Shown here one piece after another: positions 34,917-43,992 of a stretch of DNA of 64,000 nucleotides. The notes under the pieces are model-generated. The model was not told the origin of the DNA. It saw nothing but the letters and a program-made list of their open reading frames with translations, and did no database searches. Position 1 is the first letter of the stretch. Every line of letters starts with the position of its first letter. Source of the DNA: Candidatus Saccharibacteria bacterium UBA2951 (GTDB lineage Bacteria; Patescibacteriota; Saccharimonadia; Saccharimonadales; Saccharimonadaceae); NCBI GenBank assembly GCA_002348615.1, contig DEBR01000003.1, forward strand, positions 12,268 to 76,267. Direction: 5' to 3'. Made by a program: the position numbers and the translations under genes.

Positions 34917-35675
34917 ATGGATAATGATCCAGGCAATCATTTAGAACAAGTACTAATCCGGGACATTAACGGACTGCTTACGTATGACGGAATGCTCTTG
35001 GGCGACAGGGAGATTGTCATATCGCCGGACGACGTGACTGACCTTGATGTCACCGATGTCGTGGTCGGTCGCAATGATGAGTACGGGCGAACAGTGTGTC
35101 ATATTCATCGGCCGCCAAACGAAGAGTCGTACTGGCGTCACGACACATTCATCGTGTGGGATGATGGTCGGACCACCCGGTTTAATGTCGATATATCGCT
35201 TGATGAATCCCAGCAGCGGACTATGCAAGAACTGCAAGGCGCGCACCAGGCGCTCGTGAAGGAATTTGAGCTTTTGATATCCCGTCGGGTAATTAACTCA
35301 TCAGACGCAGAAGAAATGTACGATAGCGTTCTAATGAGCCTTGAGCGCACTACGAGCGAAGTTAACGACGCGCTTTTAAAGAGTGATGAACTACTTGAAG
35401 GTCAGAGCATGCAGACGCTTCGGTCGGTAATTCAACGGGTTGAGCGGGACGCGCCACCATCCGACGCGCCATATTTAGAATTTACTCAACTCTATGCAGC
35501 GATCCATACCTTACGGCACGCGCATTACGACGCTATGGAGTTGCGCACCTTGCTCGTCGAGCGCTATTTGGAACTCTCGAATCAGCATATGGAAAAAGCC
35601 GAGGCGAATTTGTTGCCGGCCATCCAGCCCGCTGAAGCATGGGGCCTCTTACAACTGCTTGATAAGATACGATAA
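34917..35675 (+). CDS. hypothetical protein
   Basis: 252-aa ORF. TATAAT (34905-10) 6 nt upstream of the ATG. No recognised domain. Confidence 0.65.
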   Translation: MDNDPGNHLEQVLIRDINGLLTYDGMLLGDREIVISPDDVTDLDVTDVVVGRNDEYGRTVCHIHRPPNEESYWRHDTFIVWDDGRTTRFNVDISLDESQQRTMQELQGAHQALVKEFELLISRRVINSSDAEEMYDSVLMSLERTTSEVNDALLKSDELLEGQSMQTLRSVIQRVERDAPPSDAPYLEFTQLYAAIHTLRHAHYDAMELRTLLVERYLELSNQHMEKAEANLLPAIQPAEAWGLLQLLDKIR

Positions 35676-35687
35676 ATCTGGTATATT
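35659..35687 (+). promoter_or_regulatory. sigma70-like promoter of rpsB-tsf
   Basis: TTGATA (35659-64), 17-nt spacer, TATATT (35682-87). Confidence 0.6.
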
Positions 35688-35770
35688 CAAACGGTAATAA
35701 TTTTAACGAAGCAACATCCGCATATATCCTTCGAATAAACGAGGCGCGGGTGTGAAGGGAGAAGGATATC

Positions 35771-36469
35771 ATGGCAGTCGCTGTTGATATGAAGGCTTTG
35801 CTGGAAGCCGGTGTCCACTTCGGACACAAAACCAGCCGTTGGCACCCGAAAATGGCGCCGTACATTCACTCTAAGCGCCAGGAAACGCACATCATTGACC
35901 TGGTCAAGACGGCCGAAGGTCTTGAAAAGGCGCTTCCATTCCTGACGAAGACCGTCGCAAGCGGCAAAAAAGTACTGTTCGTCGGCACCAAAAAGCAGCA
36001 CAAGGACATCGTAAAAGCAACGGCTGAAGCTGCCGGCCAGCCATACGTCACCGAACGTTGGATTGGCGGTATGCTTACCAACACGACAACCATGTCGTCA
36101 CAGATCAAGAAGCTGCACGACCTGGAGCGCCGCATGGCGTCTGGCGACCTTGAAAAGCGCTACAACAAGCTTGAAGTCCAGCGCTTTGCCGAAGAAATTG
36201 AAGTTTTGAACCAAAAATACGGCGGCATTAAGGACCTTTCTGGCATCCCAGGCGCAGTCGTCGTCGTTGATACCATTGAAGACGCCGGGGCGATACGCGA
36301 AGCCAAGAACCTGGGCGTTCCAGTCGTCGGTGTCGTGGACACTAACGCTGACCCAAGCAAAGTCGACTATGTCATTCCTGGCAACGACGACGCGATCAAA
36401 GGTACCGAACTGCTACTTAGCTACTTCGTAGCCGCGGTCAAAGAAGGTGCAACTAAGGAGGGCAAATAA
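35771..36469 (+). CDS. rpsB: 30S ribosomal protein S2
   Basis: LLEAGVHFGHKTSRWHPKM signature. Confidence 0.97.
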   Translation: MAVAVDMKALLEAGVHFGHKTSRWHPKMAPYIHSKRQETHIIDLVKTAEGLEKALPFLTKTVASGKKVLFVGTKKQHKDIVKATAEAAGQPYVTERWIGGMLTNTTTMSSQIKKLHDLERRMASGDLEKRYNKLEVQRFAEEIEVLNQKYGGIKDLSGIPGAVVVVDTIEDAGAIREAKNLGVPVVGVVDTNADPSKVDYVIPGNDDAIKGTELLLSYFVAAVKEGATKEGK

Positions 36470-36474
36470 TACCT

Positions 36475-37071
36475 ATGGCAGTCACGATTGAAGACATTAA
36501 GAAGCTGAAAGAACTGACCGGTGTCGGTCTGACCGACGCTAAGGTCGCGCTGGTCGAAGCCGACGGCGACTTTGACAAGGCTCTTGAAGCTATGCGCAAG
36601 AAGGGTCTGACCAAGGCCGAGAAAAAAGGCGACCGCGAAACCCGCGAAGGCATTATTGACAGCTACGTGCATTCTAACCGCATCGGTGTCGTCATCGAAG
36701 TCAACTGCGAAACCGACTTCGTGGCCCGGCTTGATGAGTTCAAGGAACTGGCGCACCAGCTTGCCATGCAAGTCGCGGCCATGAACCCGCAGTACGTCAG
36801 CTTTGATGACATTCCAGCCGAAGAATATGACGCCAAAAAGAAGGAACTGCTTGAAAGCGACAGCCTGAAAGGCAAGCCGGCCGATATGGCTGAAAAGATC
36901 GTTGAAGGCCAGCTTAAAAAGCACTTCGGCGAACAAGTACTCCTAGCACAGCAATATGTCCTAGACGACTCTATGACAGTGGAAGACCGCATTAAGCAGC
37001 AGATTGCCAAGAGTGGCGAAAACATCACCGTCGGCCAATTTAAACGCATTGAGCTAGGCGTCACGGAATAA
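36475..37071 (+). CDS. tsf: elongation factor Ts (short form)
   Basis: LKELTGVGLTDAKVALVEADGDFDKALEAMRKKG N-terminal UBA-like domain. Follows rpsB. Confidence 0.95.
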   Translation: MAVTIEDIKKLKELTGVGLTDAKVALVEADGDFDKALEAMRKKGLTKAEKKGDRETREGIIDSYVHSNRIGVVIEVNCETDFVARLDEFKELAHQLAMQVAAMNPQYVSFDDIPAEEYDAKKKELLESDSLKGKPADMAEKIVEGQLKKHFGEQVLLAQQYVLDDSMTVEDRIKQQIAKSGENITVGQFKRIELGVTE

Positions 37072-37074
37072 GCT

Positions 37075-37494
37075 ATGGCCACGTACGAAGGCATGGGACT
37101 ATGCGAACCAGCAGAGTACCAAAGGGCCTTCGAACAGCGTGTCCAATACCATCAACTCAAATCGGGCGAACTATATGTCGCCCGATTTGAAATTGAGGAT
37201 TTTCCGAAAGCCTACCGTATTTTAGGCCGTGTCGGTATTTTGGCAGGTACGTACGGCGGCGTCGGTAACCTTGAGTTCCAATTGCTGAACGACCAGGATC
37301 AACCACTTGCAATCCCGCCTCGCTCGACAATGAGGGACGGCATACTCAACATTGATCGCGGTGTCGTATATAAAGACCCTCAGCGTGGCGAACTGACTAT
37401 GCGTGACGCCTGTTTGGATAATTATTCACGAGGTCTTGATTTCGATTCATGGGTGGCGGAAATGAACGAACTGACAGGAGTAGGCGGACGGTAA
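37075..37494 (+). CDS. hypothetical protein
   Basis: 139-aa ORF starting 3 nt after the tsf stop. No recognised domain. Confidence 0.6.
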   Translation: MATYEGMGLCEPAEYQRAFEQRVQYHQLKSGELYVARFEIEDFPKAYRILGRVGILAGTYGGVGNLEFQLLNDQDQPLAIPPRSTMRDGILNIDRGVVYKDPQRGELTMRDACLDNYSRGLDFDSWVAEMNELTGVGGR

Positions 37495-37530
37495 CTCTTC
37501 CGGTCCTGGAGCTATAAGCCAGGCTACAAG

Positions 37531-37539
37531 TGCTACAAT
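37531..37539 (+). promoter_or_regulatory. extended -10 box (TGCTACAAT) 10 nt upstream of pilin gene 1
   Basis: TGCTACAAT at 37531-39, ATG at 37550. Confidence 0.45.
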
Positions 37540-37549
37540 CGTAAGCACT

Positions 37550-38026
37550 ATGAAGCGTAATGGCTTTACCATCGTTGAACTTCTTATCGTCATCTTGGTG
37601 ATATCCATATTGGCGGCCATTACGGTAGTAGCCTATAACGGTGTCCAAAACCAAGCTAATGACAGTGCCGTACAGAACGATTTGAAAAATTTCGGTAAAA
37701 AAATGGAATTGTTTAAGGTCGATAACGAGACATACCCGGCGGCGGGTGACATTACGGCATCACTTGGACTTCGGTTTGCAAAGCAGGCATATGGAACGGA
37801 TTTTCAAGGAAGGAACGTACGGTACTGTATCAATTCATCAACAGGTGAATATGTACTGGTGGCGAATTCAAAATCGGGCAATTACTATTTAGTAAAGCCT
37901 GGAGCGGTCGTCGAGGCCACTGTATCGACATATGGTTGGGGCGTGTGTAACCTGGTAGGGTTGTCATCGACCAACCCGAACCCGAACGGCTATTCGGCCG
38001 GCGTTTGGGCAGCCTGGACGAATTAA
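37550..38026 (+). CDS. type IV pilin-like protein (prepilin N-terminal cleavage/methylation motif)
   Basis: MKRNG|FTIVELLIVILVISILAAITVVAY: class III signal with Gly at -1, Phe at +1, Glu at +5. Two Cys in the C-terminal half. Confidence 0.88.
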   Translation: MKRNGFTIVELLIVILVISILAAITVVAYNGVQNQANDSAVQNDLKNFGKKMELFKVDNETYPAAGDITASLGLRFAKQAYGTDFQGRNVRYCINSSTGEYVLVANSKSGNYYLVKPGAVVEATVSTYGWGVCNLVGLSSTNPNPNGYSAGVWAAWTN

Positions 38027-38052
38027 AAGGGCTCCTGTTGGTGCGCTAACGA

Positions 38053-38061
38053 TGATACAAT
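38053..38061 (+). promoter_or_regulatory. extended -10 box (TGATACAAT) 10 nt upstream of pilin gene 2
   Basis: TGATACAAT at 38053-61, ATG at 38072. Confidence 0.45.
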
Positions 38062-38071
38062 CATAACCATT

Positions 38072-38548
38072 ATGAAAGTCCGTGGCTTTACGATCGTCGA
38101 ACTGCTTCTCGTAATCGTTATTATCGGTATCGTCGCATCAATAACGATAGTTGCTTATAGGGGTACACAGTTTAAAGCGAGCGACGCCGCCGTACAGGTG
38201 GATTTGAAGAACTTTGGCAAACGCGTTGAGTCGTTCAAGATTGAAAACGGCGCGTACCCAACGCCTAGTGATTTTACAGCCTCTCTTGGGCTTAAGTTTT
38301 CAAAAGCTTCGTACGGCGTAGACAGTCAGGGCTACAACGTACGGTATTGCCGGAACACGACCACTGATACATATGTAGTGCTGGCGAATTCAAAATCGGG
38401 CAATTACTTTATGGTGCAAACAGGGGCTATAGTATCCAGTACGGCAGCGACGTACGGATGGGGGGTGTGTCAGCTGGTTGGCGTCGCAACGACCAACCCA
38501 GACCCGAACGGCTTTTCGCCTGGTGGTTGGGCAAGCTGGGCAAACTAA
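38072..38548 (+). CDS. type IV pilin-like protein, paralog of 37550..38026
   Basis: MKVRG|FTIVELLLVIVIIGIVASITIVAY. Same length (158 aa) and colinear with the upstream pilin. Confidence 0.88.
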   Translation: MKVRGFTIVELLLVIVIIGIVASITIVAYRGTQFKASDAAVQVDLKNFGKRVESFKIENGAYPTPSDFTASLGLKFSKASYGVDSQGYNVRYCRNTTTDTYVVLANSKSGNYFMVQTGAIVSSTAATYGWGVCQLVGVATTNPDPNGFSPGGWASWAN

Positions 38549-38560
38549 GGGAATATTCCT

Positions 38561-39214
38561 CTATTGTCTGCAGCCCGCGATTGAGGCGACGTTTATGTAC
38601 GCCTTAGCGGTGGAAAGCTCGTCTGAATCTTCGGACAATTCACTGCTACTGTCGATAGCGACAGGCTTGATGATCTGAATTGCTGACTGGTCAACGCCAT
38701 TCTTGACAAGCAGGTCATTCAGCACTTGAGTCCGTTTGGTCGCGGCGTCCACGGTGTCTTTTTGAGTCGCGTCGCTGCTGACCGTCACCACGACGGAACG
38801 TTTAGAGGCATATGACTGATAAAACGTACCGATTTTTTTCGCTAATGACTCAGCATTTTCTTTGACGTCTGTGGCGTAATCGGAAGTGCCGTTTTTGAAA
38901 CCAAACGACTCAGTATAGAACGACTGTGGCGACAACTGGTCGTCTGCTTCGTTGCCCGTGAGCACCTTGTAATCGTCTTTGGTCAGGCACGCCGGTGCAC
39001 TAGAGAACGGATTAATTCCAAGAGCAGACAATGTTCCGGTCGTCGCTACACAAACAAACAGTACTACCAGCGCGCCAATAAGTAGTCGCTTTTTAGGGTT
39101 CGGTCCAGTAGGTTGTTCTGCCGCAAGCGGTGTTCCAGCGTCAATCGTATTAAACCAGTCCTTAACATCGGGGTCACTCGGTGAAGGTTGGTTGTTGAAC
39201 GGTGGCATGTCCAT
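38561..39214 (-). CDS. single-TM protein with a divergent OmpA-like (peptidoglycan-binding) C-terminal domain
   Basis: TM LLIGALVVLFVCVATTGTL. FGFKNGTSDY...VVVTVSSDAT...KRTQVLNDLLVKNGVDQSAIQI follows the OmpA_C pattern. GGAG 9 nt upstream of the ATG at 39214. Confidence 0.5.
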   Translation of the reverse strand: MDMPPFNNQPSPSDPDVKDWFNTIDAGTPLAAEQPTGPNPKKRLLIGALVVLFVCVATTGTLSALGINPFSSAPACLTKDDYKVLTGNEADDQLSPQSFYTESFGFKNGTSDYATDVKENAESLAKKIGTFYQSYASKRSVVVTVSSDATQKDTVDAATKRTQVLNDLLVKNGVDQSAIQIIKPVAIDSSSELSEDSDELSTAKAYINVASIAGCRQ

Positions 39215-39218
39215 GGCC

Positions 39219-40319
39219 CTAAGCTCCAAACTTGTTCTTTAATTTAGTTATGTCGCCAGACGTCAGACCGATGCTTTTCAGATAGTTAAGGACGGAGCCG
39301 TGCCTGCTTCGGGCAGCTTGCACGCCGTTCGTTAACCATTCCTTTTTGACGACGCCGACGCCTTGGTCGTTGCTTAGTAAGTATTCCCGCATGACCTGCT
39401 GGTCACTGGCGCCATTCGCGTACATGATCATGGCGACCATCCAACCGGTACGGTCTTTGCCTGCGACGCAGTGGATATGTACCGTAGCAGGGGCGTTGGC
39501 TGCCGTTTTAAGAGCCCTTGCGAGCTGAGAACGCCGCGTAGGATCAGTAACCATAGGCGTGGTGTCAAGGATACCTTCAATCGGAATACTGACGTTCTTG
39601 GCGCCATCGATCGCTTTGTCAGGTGCAGATGGCGGAACTCGCAGGTCGATGATGGTTGCTTTTTTGCCCAAAAGCTTCGCCATTTGCTCGGCACCTTTGG
39701 CAGTCAATTTGCTTAGCTGCGCGGAACGGTAGAGTGTATTTGATTTGAGGACATTGCTCGATGCGGATGCGTCGCGCAGGTTATTGACCGATTTGATCTG
39801 GTCGGGGTTAACCGTGCCGCCTGGTGTGTCGTCCGGTCCACTGCCGGTCGGACCGCTTCCGTCTCCCGTACCAGTTGGAATATGCAACGTCGAATCGACG
39901 GTATTCGTTTTACTTGCAAAGCTGTAGCTGCGTTCAAACACACCGCCCGGCACGATAAAATTCAATCCTGCCCACATAAGCAGGAACGCCACTAACCCGA
40001 TTACGACATTCGTAATGATGCTTTTTGCCTTATTCAACTGGTCGGCTTTGTCTTCGGCGGTCGTCCAAAGAATCGAGGCATAGACGATACCAAGTACGGC
40101 AAGAACCCCGACGCCCGCCGTCATGATATTGATCGCAATAAGAAGGATCGCCCAAATGCCGTTCGTGTCATTGCCACATTCAATGATCACCGTTTCGTTC
40201 TTGTCACAAGTCGCCGCTTGGGCGGTGGCAGGGCTAATAATGCCTAACGCGAGCACTCCGAACAACGCGAGCGCTATGAGCGCCGGACCGAATCGTTTGC
40301 GGGGAAGCTTATTTTGCAT
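39219..40319 (-). CDS. fusion protein: signal peptide + two-TM VirB2/TrbC-like pilin module + PtpB-type (Y_phosphatase3) CX5R phosphatase domain
   Basis: Signal peptide ending in ATAQA. Cys pair CDKNETVIIEC. Helices IWAILLIAINIMTAGVGVLAVLGIVYASILW and VVIGLVAFLLMWAGLNFIV. Gly/Pro linker. NLRDAS..LYRSAQL..IIDLR and P-loop HCVAGKDRTG. Confidence 0.75.
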   Translation of the reverse strand: MQNKLPRKRFGPALIALALFGVLALGIISPATAQAATCDKNETVIIECGNDTNGIWAILLIAINIMTAGVGVLAVLGIVYASILWTTAEDKADQLNKAKSIITNVVIGLVAFLLMWAGLNFIVPGGVFERSYSFASKTNTVDSTLHIPTGTGDGSGPTGSGPDDTPGGTVNPDQIKSVNNLRDASASSNVLKSNTLYRSAQLSKLTAKGAEQMAKLLGKKATIIDLRVPPSAPDKAIDGAKNVSIPIEGILDTTPMVTDPTRRSQLARALKTAANAPATVHIHCVAGKDRTGWMVAMIMYANGASDQQVMREYLLSNDQGVGVVKKEWLTNGVQAARSRHGSVLNYLKSIGLTSGDITKLKNKFGA

Positions 40320-40377
40320 GTTTGTATCAACCTAGTCGATTAGCTTGATAATAGATGAGCAGGCGTCAGATGTAAAG

Positions 40378-41451
40378 TCAGGTAAGCGATATGATCGATG
40401 CGTCGATTTTTAGCTCGTCGCGAAGATCGGTCGCCGTTATGATTGTCTGGTGACCGCGAAGCGCGTTCATAAGGCGCTTCTCACGGTCGATATCAAGTTC
40501 GGAGAATACGTCGTCGAGTAGAATAAGCGGCTTTATGCCACTATGATGAGTTTGAAGCTCGACCTCAAGTAGTTTGAACGCCAGCATGATAGTGCGCATT
40601 TCGCCACGCGATGCTGACTCGGTTGCTTGGTGGCCATCGAGTGACAGTTCGATATCGTCACGATGAGGGCCGACGCTGGTATAGCCACGCCGGGCGTCAA
40701 GGGTGCGGCTGGCCTCGAGACGGTGCAGTATCGCTTGCTGTAAACCGTCGTCAATGACCGTGAACATCGACTGGTAACGGGCTAGAACCGTATGGTCGAC
40801 CCCTGCGATGTCAGAATATATCCGAGACAAATGCTCGTTGGCGTGTTGGATAAAATTAGTGCGCGCTTTAATGATGCTGGCTGAAAGTTCGGCAAACTTC
40901 ACGTCCCATGCGAACAGGTGGTTCTGCCAATCACTCTCACTCATGACGTCAAACTGCTTGAGCAGCTCATTCCGCTGCAAAAGGGTGCGCTGGAACCGGG
41001 TGAGTGCGCTTGCGTAGGTAGGGGAAAGGCGGGCAATGATACCATCGATGAAATCACGCCGACGCTGCGGGCTACTGGTAAGCAGACGTAGTTCATCCGG
41101 TTCGAACAGTACGACCGGCAACCGATCCTTGGCTGCCATGCGCGCACTTGAAGAACCGTCCACGGTGAACTGTTTGGTCAGCTTGTCTTCGGGTGTGACC
41201 GAAATACGTAGCCGCCGTTCGGGTGCATCAGCCAGCTCGAGCTTCAGCTCGGCTGAAAGACCCTCGTAAGGTACGACGTCGCGATCACGGCCACGGAAAC
41301 TCGTACCACGAAGCAACATATATACCGATTCTAAAATGGTCGTTTTGCCGGATCCGTTCGGTCCGAGTATCAGCGTCACATTGTCATCCAACGTAAAGTT
41401 CGCCAGGTCGTACGACCTGACATTATGCACACTGATACTCCGAAGCAACAT
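40378..41451 (-). CDS. recF: DNA replication and repair protein RecF
   Basis: Walker A GPNGSGKTT, SMC-like signature region, Walker B LILLDDV. Confidence 0.9.
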   Translation of the reverse strand: MLLRSISVHNVRSYDLANFTLDDNVTLILGPNGSGKTTILESVYMLLRGTSFRGRDRDVVPYEGLSAELKLELADAPERRLRISVTPEDKLTKQFTVDGSSSARMAAKDRLPVVLFEPDELRLLTSSPQRRRDFIDGIIARLSPTYASALTRFQRTLLQRNELLKQFDVMSESDWQNHLFAWDVKFAELSASIIKARTNFIQHANEHLSRIYSDIAGVDHTVLARYQSMFTVIDDGLQQAILHRLEASRTLDARRGYTSVGPHRDDIELSLDGHQATESASRGEMRTIMLAFKLLEVELQTHHSGIKPLILLDDVFSELDIDREKRLMNALRGHQTIITATDLRDELKIDASIISLT

Positions 41452-41576
41452 ACAAATAGTATAATGATTTGGACCAAATCATTGAAACATCTCCTTATTC
41501 GGACAAACCTGCAAGCAAGGTTTGTCGCTTATTTCGTCAATGTTATAGAATAATAAGTAGAGAAAGAGAGATATCT

Positions 41577-42134
41577 ATGTTCGATACCAAACATTACCAA
41601 GACAAGATGGACCATGTTCTGGAGCACTTCGCCGACGAGCTAAAGAAGGTCCGAACCGGCCGCGCCCACCCCGATATGCTGTCGGGTGTCGTGGTTGAAG
41701 CCTATGGTCAAAAAATGCCGCTCAACCAAGTGGCTAACGTTACCGCCCCCGAGGCTCAGCAACTGCTGGTATCACCGTTCGACCCAAGCAACATCGGTGC
41801 TATTACACAGGCAATCCGTGATGATCAGGCACTTGGCCTGAATCCGAGCGACGACGGCCGCGTGGTCCGTGTGCCGATTCCGGCGCTTACCGAAGAACGT
41901 CGCCATGACCTGGTGAAGCAACTCGGCGAAAAAGTTGAAAACGCCCGTATTGCTCTACGGCAGATTCGCCAGGACGCGTTCAAAGAGGTAAAGCGCAAGA
42001 AAGATGCCAAGGAACTGTCGGAAAACGACGTGACTCGGATTGAAAAAGACTTCGATCACAACCTTATGCAGGACTATCAAGCTAAGATAGACGAAACGTT
42101 CAAAGCTAAGGAGCAGGAAGTCCTGAAAATCTAG
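41577..42134 (+). CDS. frr: ribosome recycling factor
   Basis: LEHFADELKKVRTGRAHPDML... is typical RRF. Start set to the ATG at 41577 (185 aa). The upstream 36 codons of the ORF are non-homologous. Confidence 0.95.
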   Translation: MFDTKHYQDKMDHVLEHFADELKKVRTGRAHPDMLSGVVVEAYGQKMPLNQVANVTAPEAQQLLVSPFDPSNIGAITQAIRDDQALGLNPSDDGRVVRVPIPALTEERRHDLVKQLGEKVENARIALRQIRQDAFKEVKRKKDAKELSENDVTRIEKDFDHNLMQDYQAKIDETFKAKEQEVLKI

Positions 42135-42135
42135 T

Positions 42136-42825
42136 ATGTCGGCCGAAGTTCCGACACACATAGGCTATATCGTCGACGGTAACCGCCGTTGGGCAAGGCA
42201 ACATGGCCTACCAACGTATGAAGGTCACTTGGCGGGCTATAACGCCATACAGGATATAGCCCGAGCAACCATAGACGCCGGCGTGAAGTACGTGTCGGCC
42301 TATGTGTTCAGCACCGAAAACTGGAAACGTTCCGAAGATGAAGTCAGCAAGTTAATGGGGTTAGTGCTGCGACTATTAAAGTCGGATTTGCACATATTTC
42401 AGGAAAACGACGTGAGGCTAAGAATATTAGGCTCACGAGATAACGTGAGCGACAAGATTTTAAAGGCCATTGACGAAGCCGAAGAAGCGACCAAGGACAA
42501 CAAACGTGGCACGTTGGCGCTTTGCTTCAACTATGGCGGCCAACTAGAAATCGCCGACGCGGTCAAAAAGATTGTTCAGTCAGGAGTAGCCGCCGACGAA
42601 ATTACCCCGGAACTCGTTGAACGTAACCTGTACGCAGCCGATATTCCTCCGTGCGATCTGATCGTTCGGACAAGCGGCGAGAAGCGGCTGTCGAACTTCA
42701 TGCTGTGGCGTTCGGCCTATAGCGAGCTGATGTTTCTCGACAAAAATTGGCCTGACATGACAAAGGAAGACGTAACCGATATACTTGAAGAATATAAAAA
42801 TCGCGAACGACGAATAGGGAAATAA
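42136..42825 (+). CDS. uppS: undecaprenyl diphosphate synthase (isoprenyl transferase)
   Basis: HIGYIVDGNRRWA and ERRIG C-terminus. Confidence 0.95.
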   Translation: MSAEVPTHIGYIVDGNRRWARQHGLPTYEGHLAGYNAIQDIARATIDAGVKYVSAYVFSTENWKRSEDEVSKLMGLVLRLLKSDLHIFQENDVRLRILGSRDNVSDKILKAIDEAEEATKDNKRGTLALCFNYGGQLEIADAVKKIVQSGVAADEITPELVERNLYAADIPPCDLIVRTSGEKRLSNFMLWRSAYSELMFLDKNWPDMTKEDVTDILEEYKNRERRIGK

Positions 42826-42828
42826 CAC

Positions 42829-43992
42829 ATGTTGCTGATTGGCATTCTGACCGGACTTATTATTCTTGTAATCCTTGTAGCGATCCATGAGTTAGGGCAT
42901 GGCATCGTGGCACGCCGCAACGGCGTGGTCGTTGAAGAATTCGGTATCGGATTCCCCCCGAAGGCATGGGGCAAAAAGCTCAAACGAAGTATTCTGGGTA
43001 ACAACGTCCTGTTTTCTCTTAACTGGCTGCCGCTCGGGGGCTTCGTAAAGCTGCAGGGCGAATACGACTCGGCGTCAAAAAAAGGTGACTACGGCGCTGC
43101 CACGTACTGGCAGAAGACAAAGATTTTACTGGCGGGCGTACTGATGAACTGGGTAGCAGCCATCGTGCTGTTCACCATTCTGGCGCTCGTTGGACTACCG
43201 AAGATCTTGCCGAACCAGTTTAGCGTACCTGGTGACACCGAAACGACGATCGAACCGCTCAAGGTCGCCGCAGTCGAAAAGGACTCACCGGCTCAAAAAG
43301 CAGGCCTGAAGGAGGGCGACGAATTGCTACTTATCGGTGACAACGACGTACAGTCACCGAGTGAATTGTCTGACGCGACAAAGCAACTCCATGGGCAGAG
43401 CATTAACGTCACGTATTCACGTGCCGACCAGGAATACACCGTGCCAGTTACGCTGCGCGACAAAAATTCGCCGGACAAAGGGTTCTTGGGAGTGCGCACG
43501 ACGCAGCAGCTAAGTGAAATCCGTGCCACGTGGTCGGCGCCGATCGTCGGCGTCGTGACGACAGTCCAACTGACCGGTGAAACATTCGCGTCGCTCGGAA
43601 AAGTCGTTGGTAGTTTGGCGCAGGGTATTGCCAGTCGTTTCACTCCGGACGAATCGACCCGAAAATCCGGCGACGAAGCCCTGAGCTTCGCGACCAACAG
43701 CGTGTCGGGTCCGGTCGGCATATTGGGCGTCATATTCCCACAAATGCAACAGGCGGGCATTAAGCCGCTACTCCTGCTTACCGCGATCATTTCACTGTCG
43801 CTCGCCGTTATGAACGTGCTGCCTATTCCAGCGCTCGATGGTGGTCGCTGGTTCGTCATGACGGTGTTCAAACTCCTTAAGCGCCCGCTTACGAAGGAAC
43901 GCGAAGAAAAGATTCAGACCGTCGGCTTCATGACACTACTCGCACTTATCGTATTGGTAACGTTCGCCGATGTCAGCAAGCTTATTCAATAA
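42829..43992 (+). CDS. rseP: RIP metalloprotease RseP (site-2 protease) with PDZ domain
   Basis: HELGHG zinc motif, PDZ (SPAQKAGLKEGD), NVLPIPALDGG. Confidence 0.9.
   Translation: MLLIGILTGLIILVILVAIHELGHGIVARRNGVVVEEFGIGFPPKAWGKKLKRSILGNNVLFSLNWLPLGGFVKLQGEYDSASKKGDYGAATYWQKTKILLAGVLMNWVAAIVLFTILALVGLPKILPNQFSVPGDTETTIEPLKVAAVEKDSPAQKAGLKEGDELLLIGDNDVQSPSELSDATKQLHGQSINVTYSRADQEYTVPVTLRDKNSPDKGFLGVRTTQQLSEIRATWSAPIVGVVTTVQLTGETFASLGKVVGSLAQGIASRFTPDESTRKSGDEALSFATNSVSGPVGILGVIFPQMQQAGIKPLLLLTAIISLSLAVMNVLPIPALDGGRWFVMTVFKLLKRPLTKEREEKIQTVGFMTLLALIVLVTFADVSKLIQ

Larger units (their letters stand above)
37550..38548 (+). repeat. tandem gene duplication (two pilin paralogs, each with its own -10 box)
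   Basis: Gap-free alignment over all 158 residues, roughly 100 identical by eye. Conserved blocks LANSKSGNY, TYGWGVC, TNP.PNG. Confidence 0.85.
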
